This document shows positions 32,867 through 39,151 of a DNA stretch of 39,151 nt, piece by piece. Each line of letters opens with the position of its first letter. Within the stretch, counting starts at the first letter, position 1. The notes beneath the pieces are model-generated. The model did no database searches and was not told where the DNA came from. It saw only the letters and a program-made list of their open reading frames with translations. The DNA is taken from positions 1 through 39,151 of the forward strand of contig JBPEXC010000364.1 in the NCBI GenBank assembly GCA_052032035.1, given 5' to 3'. This stretch comes from Acidimicrobiales bacterium (GTDB lineage Bacteria > Actinomycetota > Acidimicrobiia > Acidimicrobiales > SZUA-35). The translations under genes were made by a program, and so were the position numbers.

Positions 32867-33496
32867 ATGACCACCGCCGTTGATTTCTGGGTCGACCCCG
32901 CGTGCCCCTGGTGCTGGAACACCGCTCGCTGGGTCGTCGACGAGGTTGCCCCGCAGCGAGATCTCGAGATCCGCTGGCAATCGATCAGCCTCCTGATGAA
33001 GAACGAGCCGCCGGAGGACTCGCCCTACTACGAGGGCACCCTCAAGACGCTCCGCATGCTCCGTGTGATGGAGGCGATCCGCGCCGCCGAGGGCGACGCC
33101 GCGATCAACGACTGGTACCTGCTGTGCGGCACTCGGGTGCACCACGACGGCACCGCCGACTTCGACCTCGCCGACGCCCTCGAGTCGATCGGCCTCGATC
33201 GCGACTACGCGAAGGCGGCCGACGACGCCGACACCTGGGACCCGGTCGTGCGGGCCGGGCAGGAGGCCGGGCTCGCCCTCACCGGCGACGACGTCGGCAC
33301 CCCGATCATCGCCTTCACCGGCAGCGACGGGCAGCGTCGGGGCATCTTCGGTCCGGTGATCTCGCGCATCCCGACCGGCGACGACGCCCTCGCCATGTGG
33401 GACGCCATGGAGGCCTTCACCAGGGTCGACGGATTCTGGGAGCTCAAGCGCACCCGCACCGAGGGCCCGGTCTTCCCCGAGCGACTCGACTACTGA
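32867..33496 (+). CDS. DsbA-family thioredoxin-fold reductase, Rv2466c-like
   Basis: FWVDPACPWCW (CPWC motif), FGPVISRIP and ELKRTRTE. It is collinear with my recollection of M. tuberculosis Rv2466c. Confidence 0.8.
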   Translation: MTTAVDFWVDPACPWCWNTARWVVDEVAPQRDLEIRWQSISLLMKNEPPEDSPYYEGTLKTLRMLRVMEAIRAAEGDAAINDWYLLCGTRVHHDGTADFDLADALESIGLDRDYAKAADDADTWDPVVRAGQEAGLALTGDDVGTPIIAFTGSDGQRRGIFGPVISRIPTGDDALAMWDAMEAFTRVDGFWELKRTRTEGPVFPERLDY

Positions 33497-33529
33497 GGTC
33501 GGCGACGGCCCCGGGCTAGCCTCACGGCG

Positions 33530-34378
33530 GTGGGGACCGGGGAGACGTCGATCAATAACGCCACGGTCGGCGCCGTCCTCGGAGAGGGCGTGCGCGCCGT
33601 CGTGGAGGTGCTCCACGACGCGGACGGGCCCGATCGGGCCGTGAAGCGGAACCGTCCCGAGACCCCGGACCAGTGGCTGGTCGAGGAGCACCGCTGCCTC
33701 ACCGCCGCCCTGGCCGGTGGTGCCCCCGGGCCCGCCGACCCGGTGCTGGCCGAGGTCGACGGGCGCCTCGGCCTCGTCACCGCCCTGGCGTCGGGCCCGA
33801 CGATGTGGGCGGTGCTCGTCGTTGAACCCGACCGCGCCGCCGAGCTCGGTCGCCGGCTCGCCGATGTCCAGCACGAGCTGTTCACCCTCGACCCGTCGTT
33901 CGCGCTGCCCCGCCAGGTCGACCGGCTCGAGGCGAAGCTCCGAGCGGCCGCCCGCCGCCACCGCCTCGAGGTGTCGCCGCTGCTCGACTTCGTGCGTGAC
34001 GCCGCCGCCGGCGACCGGCTCGGGATCTGCCACGGCGACCTCCACCCCCACAACGTCGTGCTCACCGCCGACGGACCCGTGCTGGTCGATTGGTTCGACG
34101 CCGCCGCCGGTGGCCTGGTGGCCGAGGTCGCCCGCACCTCGGTGCTGATCACCTCGGCCGAGGACCCGTTCCGACGCCCGGCCCCCGACACCGTCGCTGC
34201 GCTCGGCCGGCTCCACGACGCCTACCTCGCCGCCGCTCGCGACCACCTCGGGACCGACGGCGTCGGCGACGGCGCGACCCTCGAGCGGTGGATGGTGGTG
34301 CAGCGCGCCGCCCGGCTCGCCGAGGGCCTGGCGTCGTCCGACGTCGACGAGGTGCGGCGCGATCTCGCCGCCTGGTGA
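33530..34378 (+). CDS. phosphotransferase (APH/choline kinase-like) family protein
   Basis: Catalytic loop ICHGDLHPHNVV followed by VDWFDA. GTG start. Confidence 0.75.
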   Translation: MGTGETSINNATVGAVLGEGVRAVVEVLHDADGPDRAVKRNRPETPDQWLVEEHRCLTAALAGGAPGPADPVLAEVDGRLGLVTALASGPTMWAVLVVEPDRAAELGRRLADVQHELFTLDPSFALPRQVDRLEAKLRAAARRHRLEVSPLLDFVRDAAAGDRLGICHGDLHPHNVVLTADGPVLVDWFDAAAGGLVAEVARTSVLITSAEDPFRRPAPDTVAALGRLHDAYLAAARDHLGTDGVGDGATLERWMVVQRAARLAEGLASSDVDEVRRDLAAW

Positions 34379-34388
34379 GCGGCCGGCT

Positions 34389-34414
34389 GTGTTGGCCGGT
34401 CGTGTTGGCCGGTC
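34389..34414. repeat. 13-bp perfect tandem duplication GTGTTGGCCGGTC x2 between convergent genes
   Basis: Copies at 34389-34401 and 34402-34414. They are followed by a partial copy, GTGGTCA, that contains the IMPase stop (34419-34421). Confidence 0.85.
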
Positions 34415-34418
34415 GTGG

Positions 34419-35189
34419 TCAGGCGAGCAGGGGAGCGACGGCGTCGAACACCTCGGGTCCCGCCGCCAGCGTGAGCCGCCCGTTCTCCGGGCACGGCAGC
34501 TCGATGCGGGCACCGGCCTCGGCCGCCACCAGACTGCCGGCGGCGTAGTCCCAGGGTTTGGTGTCGCGCTCGAGGTAGAGATCGAAGCGGCCGGCGCCCA
34601 ACCAGCAGAGGTTGAGGGCGGCCGAGCCGACCACCCGGATGTCGCGCACCCGGCCGAGCAGCTCGGCGATCAGGCGGCCGTGGTCGGCCCGCAGGTCGGC
34701 GGAGTAGGAGAACCCGGTGGCCACCAGGGCGAGCCCGAGGTCGGGGCACGGGCGACAGCGGATCGGCGCGCCGTCGCAGCGGGCGCCCCCGCCGAGCGTG
34801 GCGCTGAACGTCTCGCCGCGGTCGACGTCGACCACGGCCCCCGCCTCCACCCGACCGTGACGCACGGCGGCCACGCTGACCGCCGTCACCGGCACGCCGT
34901 AGGTGAAGTTGACGGTGCCGTCGAGCGGGTCGATCACCCATTCGACGTCGCTGTGCGGACCGTCGCCGAGTCGACCCGAACCGTCCTCCTCGCCGAGCAC
35001 CCGGGCGCCGGGGGTGGCGTCGGCCAGGAGGCGGCGGATCGTCGCCTCGGTCGCCAGGTCGGTGGCGGTGACCACGTCGGTGGCGGTGCTCTTGGTGGCG
35101 ATCGGGTCGACGGCGTGGCTCGCCGCCACCAGGGCGGCGCCGGCCCGGCACGCCTCGACGGCGATCGCTTCGAGCTCCTCGGCGTGCAC
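34419..35189 (-). CDS. inositol monophosphatase family protein
   Basis: Motifs WVIDPLDGTVNF and PWDYAAG are present. GTG start. Confidence 0.85.
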   Translation of the reverse strand: MHAEELEAIAVEACRAGAALVAASHAVDPIATKSTATDVVTATDLATEATIRRLLADATPGARVLGEEDGSGRLGDGPHSDVEWVIDPLDGTVNFTYGVPVTAVSVAAVRHGRVEAGAVVDVDRGETFSATLGGGARCDGAPIRCRPCPDLGLALVATGFSYSADLRADHGRLIAELLGRVRDIRVVGSAALNLCWLGAGRFDLYLERDTKPWDYAAGSLVAAEAGARIELPCPENGRLTLAAGPEVFDAVAPLLA

Positions 35190-35209
35190 CCCGGGTCCGC
35201 TCCGACCGC

Positions 35210-36022
35210 TCAGGCGATCCGCACGTCGAGGTCGTGGGCCCGCAGGGCCTCGATGGCGTCGGGGTCGGCGCCCGAGTCGGTGATCAGCACGTCGATCTCG
35301 TCGAAGTCGGCGTAGGGGAACACCTGCCCGTTGCCGAGCTTGGAGTGATCGACGAGGGCGATCACCTTCGACGCCGCCTCGATCATCGCCCGCTTCACCA
35401 TCGACTCGTCTCGATAGGGCGTGGTGAGGCCGCGCCGGAACGACAGGCCGTCGCAGCTGATGAACAGCACGTCGACCAGGAGTTCGCGCACCAGGTCGAC
35501 GGTGAAGGCGTCGACCATCGCCATCGTGTTGGGTCGCACCCCGCCCCCGAGCACCGAGATCGGCTCCACCCCGCGCCGCACCATCGTGAGGGCGCTCGGC
35601 AGGGAGTTGGTGAAGACGTGGGCCTCGACGTCGGTCGGGAACACCTCGGCCAGCCGCTGCAGCGTCGAGCCGGAGTCGATGACGACCGACCCGGCGGCGG
35701 GCACGAATTGGATCGCCAGTTCGGCCATCCGCAGCTTCTCGGCCGGCTGTTGCATGTCGCGGGCCACCAGCATCGGCTCGTGGCTGGCCCGCTCGACCGG
35801 CACCGCCCCGCCGTGCACGCGCCGGACCTGCCCGGCTCGTTGCAGCTCCGACAGGTCGCGTCGGATCGTCTCGGCGGTCACCCCGAACCGGCCGGCGAGA
35901 TCGGTGACCTCCACCGACCCCTGCTGCAGCGTGATCCGATAGATCTCGCGCTGACGCTCGGCCTGCAGGGTCCCCGAGGTGCGGGCCCCGGGGCTGGCGT
36001 TGGTGTCGAGCTGATCGGTCAT
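35210..36022 (-). CDS. DeoR family transcriptional regulator
   Basis: ATG 36022 within ORF 35210..36313. HTH is VEVTDLAGRFGVTAETIRRDLSELQRAG, followed by a DeoR C-terminal sensor domain. Confidence 0.85.
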   Translation of the reverse strand: MTDQLDTNASPGARTSGTLQAERQREIYRITLQQGSVEVTDLAGRFGVTAETIRRDLSELQRAGQVRRVHGGAVPVERASHEPMLVARDMQQPAEKLRMAELAIQFVPAAGSVVIDSGSTLQRLAEVFPTDVEAHVFTNSLPSALTMVRRGVEPISVLGGGVRPNTMAMVDAFTVDLVRELLVDVLFISCDGLSFRRGLTTPYRDESMVKRAMIEAASKVIALVDHSKLGNGQVFPYADFDEIDVLITDSGADPDAIEALRAHDLDVRIA

Positions 36023-36044
36023 AGCGGCGGCGGAGCGCCAGGGT

Positions 36045-36071
36045 AGTCGGCCGGCCAGATCAGTCGGCCAG
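36045..36071 (-). repeat. imperfect duplication of the 3' terminus/stop context of the mannitol dehydrogenase gene
   Basis: AGTCGGCCGGCCAG (36045-36058) and AGTCGGCCAG (36062-36071). The stop (TCA on the + strand) is at 36060-36062. Confidence 0.6.
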
Positions 36072-37538
36072 CAGGGCCTCGACCGCAGCGTGGGCGCCCA
36101 GCTCGGTGATCGCGGTGTGGGCGGCGGCGAACGCCTCGCGGAACCGGTCCGAACCGGCGATGTCGGCCGGGAACGCCGGGTTGTCGTCGCAGAACACCGC
36201 CGGGTCGGCCGCGGCGAGCGCAGCGGCGGCCCGGGGACGGCTGGCGTCGCCGGCCGCGTCGTGGCTCTGCTCGTCGACGGGCACGTCGGACAGGTAGTGG
36301 GCCCAGCCGGCAAGGGCGAGCGCCGAGCACTCGAGGGGGCCGTCGGCCAGCAGGTTGCCGGCGATCGTCGGCATCAGGAACGTCGGGAACTTCGACGTGC
36401 CGTCGATGCAGAGGCGGGCGATCTGGTCGCGCACGCCGGTGTTGGCGAAGCGCTCGATCACCACGGCGGCGTAGTCCTCGCGGGGATGGCCGGGGATCTC
36501 GGTGAGGGTCGGCACGGCCTCGGTGTGCAGCAGTCGGGCGAGGAAGGCGCTGATCGCCGGATCGGCCAACGCCTCGTCGACGTAGGTGATGCCGGCGAGG
36601 GCCGACAGGTAGGCGATGCACGAGTGGCCCGAGTTGAGGATGCGGAGCTTGTAGAGCTCCCAGGCGTGGACGTCGTCGGTGTAGAGGGCGCCGACCGCGG
36701 CGAAGTCCGGTCGGCCGGCGGCGAAGTCGTCCTCCAGCACCCACTGCCAGAACGGTTCCCCCACCACCGGCCACCGATCGTCGAGTCCGAACGTGGCCCG
36801 CAGATGGTCACGGTCGGCCTCGGCGGTCTGGGGCGTGATGCGATCGACCATCGAGTTGGGGAACGTGCAGGCTGCGGCCACCCAGTTCGCCAACTCCTGG
36901 GAGCGGCGACGGCAGGCGGCGAGCACGCAGCGTTCGGCGGCCTCGCCGTTGCCCGGCAGGTTGTCGCAGCTCATCACGGTCACCCCGCCGAGCTCTGCGT
37001 CGCGACGGGCGTCGAGGCCCGCCGCGATCACGTCGAAGGTGCGCTGGTTGAGCGGCTCGTCGGTGTAGCCGGCCTCGGTCACCGTCATCGACACGATCGC
37101 GGTCTCGGCATCGGCGACGGCGGCGATCGCCGGGGCCGCGTCGTCCGCTGCGAGCACGTAGTCGATGATCGACCCGACCACCTCGGTGGCCCGCTCGCCG
37201 GTGCCCTTCATCGTGAAGGTGTAGAGGTGGTCCTGAGCGGCGAGGGCGTCGCGCATCGCAGTGTCGCCCGGCAGCAGGCCGATGCCCCGGATGCCCCAGT
37301 CGCTGTCGGTGGTGCGGGCCAGGTGGTCGAGGTAGAGCGCGAGGTGGGCCCGGTGGAAGCCGCCGACGCCGATGTGGGCGACCCGGGGGCGCAGGCGTGC
37401 GCGGTCGTAGGTCGGGATCTCGAGGCCCCGCTCGGCGAGCTGGGCGCGCTGGTCGTCGTCGGTCCACACCGCAGCGGTGAGGGCAACGGGGTGGACAGCG
37501 GCGTCGTCGGTCGAAGTGGCGTCGGGCACGGCGGGCAC
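36060..37538 (-). CDS. mannitol dehydrogenase family oxidoreductase (mannitol 2-dehydrogenase / fructuronate reductase-like)
   Basis: 492 aa with HIGVGGFHRAH and the long-chain mannitol-DH layout. GTG start. Confidence 0.9.
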   Translation of the reverse strand: MPAVPDATSTDDAAVHPVALTAAVWTDDDQRAQLAERGLEIPTYDRARLRPRVAHIGVGGFHRAHLALYLDHLARTTDSDWGIRGIGLLPGDTAMRDALAAQDHLYTFTMKGTGERATEVVGSIIDYVLAADDAAPAIAAVADAETAIVSMTVTEAGYTDEPLNQRTFDVIAAGLDARRDAELGGVTVMSCDNLPGNGEAAERCVLAACRRRSQELANWVAAACTFPNSMVDRITPQTAEADRDHLRATFGLDDRWPVVGEPFWQWVLEDDFAAGRPDFAAVGALYTDDVHAWELYKLRILNSGHSCIAYLSALAGITYVDEALADPAISAFLARLLHTEAVPTLTEIPGHPREDYAAVVIERFANTGVRDQIARLCIDGTSKFPTFLMPTIAGNLLADGPLECSALALAGWAHYLSDVPVDEQSHDAAGDASRPRAAAALAAADPAVFCDDNPAFPADIAGSDRFREAFAAAHTAITELGAHAAVEALLAD

Positions 37539-37552
37539 CCTAAATCAACTCA

Positions 37553-37630
37553 AACCCACAGAGCAAGTGTGGAAGTGAGTGGTTTCAGAACATTTCGACT
37601 TGCCAAACGGACATGAACCCACATAGTGTG
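37553..37630. promoter_or_regulatory. two copies of AACCCACA, each followed by TGTG (imperfect palindromes), in the polyol locus control region
   Basis: AACCCACAGAGCAAGTGTGG at 37553-37572 and AACCCACATAGTGTG at 37616-37630, within an AT-richer 146-bp divergent intergenic region. Confidence 0.3.
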
Positions 37631-37684
37631 CCGATCTGCCTGGGGGGGACCAGCCTTCCCATGCACTGACCAAGGGAGAAACTG

Positions 37685-39121
37685 ATGGCCAGAACGAAGA
37701 CCGGGCGCTTGCGCCTGTTGTTCGCCCTGCTGATGGCCTTCTCGCTCGTGGCCGCCGCCTGCGGGGGCAGCGACAGCGAGGGCGCCGACGGCGGTTCCAG
37801 TGACAGCGGTTCCGACGACAGCGGTTCCGATGACGGCGGTTCCGATGACGGTGCCGCTGCGGGCGAGGGCGGCGAGATCAACGTCGTCATCGTCAACAAC
37901 CCGCAGATGGAGGACATCGCCGAGCTCACCCCCGAGCTCTTCACCGCCGAGACCGGCATCACCGTGAACTACTCCTTCCTCGAGGAGGGCACGCTGCGCG
38001 AGATCGTCACCCGTGACGCCGCCGCCGGCGGCGACCAGTTCGACGTGGTGATGGTCGGCATGTACGACACGCCGCAGTTCGGCGCCAACGGCTGGCTCAC
38101 CGACCTCACCCCGATGGCCGAGGCCGACGCCGACTACCAGATCGACGATCTGTTCCCGTCGGTGCGTGGCGGTCTCTCGGTCGACGGCGCCCTCTACTCG
38201 TCGCCGTTCTACGCCGAGTCGTCGTTCGTCATGTATCGCCAGGACGTCCTCGACGAGGCCGGTCTCGAGATGCCCGCCGCTCCCACCTGGGACGAGGTGG
38301 CCGAGATCGCCCGTGCGGTCGACTCCGACGACATGGCCGGCATCTGCCTGCGTGGCAAGCCCGGCTGGGGCGACCTCGGCGCTGCCTTCACCACCGTCCT
38401 CAACACCTTCGGTGGCACCTGGTGGGAGGCCAACGACGACGGCTCGATCGGCACAGCGATGGTCGACCAGCCCGAGTTCCGCGAGGCCCTCGACTTCTAC
38501 TCGACGCTGATCGCGGACGCCGGCCAGCCCGACGCCTCCAACGCCAGCTTCAACGAGTGCCTGAGCCTCTACCTCGATGGCAAGGTGGCGATGTGGTACG
38601 ACGCCACGGTCGCCGCCGGTCTCCTCGAGGCCGACGACAGCCCGGTCAAGGGCCTCAACGGCTTCGCCCTCGCCCCGACCAACGTCACCGACGCCTCGGG
38701 CTGGCTCTGGTCCTGGAACCTCGGCATCCCCACCAACTCGCCCAACCCCGAGCTGGCGTGGGAGTACATCTCGTGGGCCACCAGCCCCGGCTACATCGAG
38801 GCCGCCGGCGACCTCATCTCGGGCGGCTGGGCCGCCATTCCCCCGGGCACCCGGGCCTCGACCTACGAGATCCCCGAGTACACCGAGGCCGCTGCCGCCT
38901 TCGCCGACAAGACGCTCGACGCCATGAACGCGGCGCCGATCGACAACCCCGGCACCACGCCTCGCCCCGGCCTCCCCGGTGTGCAGTACGTCGGTGTGCC
39001 GGAGTTCCAGGACGTCGGCAACCAGTGCACCGAGCTGTTCTCCAGCGTCATCGCCGGCCAGCTCGACATCGACGATGCCCTGTCGCAGTGTCAGGACATC
39101 GCCGCCGCTGTCAGCCAGTGA
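37685..39121 (+). CDS. ABC transporter substrate-binding lipoprotein, sugar/polyol type (SmoE-like)
   Basis: AAGGGAG RBS and lipobox VAAAC. Family-1 solute-binding layout with an acidic G/S/D linker. Confidence 0.9.
   Translation: MARTKTGRLRLLFALLMAFSLVAAACGGSDSEGADGGSSDSGSDDSGSDDGGSDDGAAAGEGGEINVVIVNNPQMEDIAELTPELFTAETGITVNYSFLEEGTLREIVTRDAAAGGDQFDVVMVGMYDTPQFGANGWLTDLTPMAEADADYQIDDLFPSVRGGLSVDGALYSSPFYAESSFVMYRQDVLDEAGLEMPAAPTWDEVAEIARAVDSDDMAGICLRGKPGWGDLGAAFTTVLNTFGGTWWEANDDGSIGTAMVDQPEFREALDFYSTLIADAGQPDASNASFNECLSLYLDGKVAMWYDATVAAGLLEADDSPVKGLNGFALAPTNVTDASGWLWSWNLGIPTNSPNPELAWEYISWATSPGYIEAAGDLISGGWAAIPPGTRASTYEIPEYTEAAAAFADKTLDAMNAAPIDNPGTTPRPGLPGVQYVGVPEFQDVGNQCTELFSSVIAGQLDIDDALSQCQDIAAAVSQ
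37790..37849 (+). repeat. in-frame 15-bp tandem repeat x4 encoding the GSxD(D) linker of the binding protein
   Basis: GGCGGTTCCAGTGAC / AGCGGTTCCGACGAC / AGCGGTTCCGATGAC / GGCGGTTCCGATGAC. Confidence 0.85.
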
Positions 39122-39151
39122 GCTGACGCTGTTTCCCCGGTGATCGGGGCC

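Noticed and set aside
1-39151. A scan for tRNA, rRNA, riboswitch-like leaders, integrases, transposases and defence-system ATPases or nucleases.
   Set aside because: Nothing recognisable was found by eye. Intergenic regions are short (mostly under 100 bp), and the larger ones are accounted for by divergent promoters.

Overview
This is a very GC-rich, actinobacterial-type chromosomal segment (roughly two-thirds to 70% G+C by eye, not computed). It is densely packed with about 51 protein-coding genes on both strands. I could not recognise any rRNA, tRNA, CRISPR array, transposase, integrase or phage gene. Thr-rich and acidic lipoprotein linkers, PPOX/F420-type enzymes, an Rv2466c-like DsbA and a SigK/RskA-like pair suggest Actinomycetota, possibly a marine Acidimicrobiia (Ilumatobacter-like) genome; that is only a guess.

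Many long ORFs in the six-frame track are R/P/G-rich shadow frames. Real genes were chosen by protein plausibility, G/C at codon position 3 and known motifs.

Gene order:
- IclR regulator divergent from a class-A FAD aromatic monooxygenase, then a GNAT and a DUF5655-like protein.
- TetR translationally coupled to a small unknown ORF, divergent from a SnoaL-like protein.
- Prx5-type peroxiredoxin, a double-ABM membrane protein, a PPOX/F420 enzyme, an ABC-2 exporter pair and a glutathione peroxidase.
- Two paralogous Thr-rich lipoproteins flanking a GNAT.
- FGE-like enzyme divergent from an atypical SDR carrying the halohydrin-dehalogenase Ser-Tyr-Arg signature, followed by a Cys-rich unknown protein.
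- GH3 beta-glucosidase.
- VOC protein divergent from an operon of ACAD-fold enzyme, alpha/beta hydrolase, TetR and PrpB-like lyase.
- DUF4333 lipoprotein, Sfp-type PPTase, nitroreductase, PPOX, AzlCD, DUF1905, PAP2, DUF1206 and MmcQ/YjbR.
- ECF sigma/anti-sigma pair divergent from a DUF6529-like membrane protein, two cupredoxins and a PF03640 lipoprotein.
- ArsR/aquaglyceroporin divergent from ArsI/CadI and an Rv2466c-like DsbA.
- APH-like kinase and IMPase.
- A DeoR, mannitol-dehydrogenase and polyol solute-binding protein locus.

I found no clear defence or mobile system. The observations most worth a second look are:
1. The sigma-controlled cupredoxin/DUF6529/PF03640 envelope module.
2. The halohydrin-dehalogenase-like SDR.
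3. A recurrent pattern of short tandem duplications that copy stop-codon contexts at gene 3' ends.
4. The non-canonical hydroxylase/VOC/hydrolase/lyase cluster.
5. The paralogous lipoproteins with an unassigned C-terminal domain.
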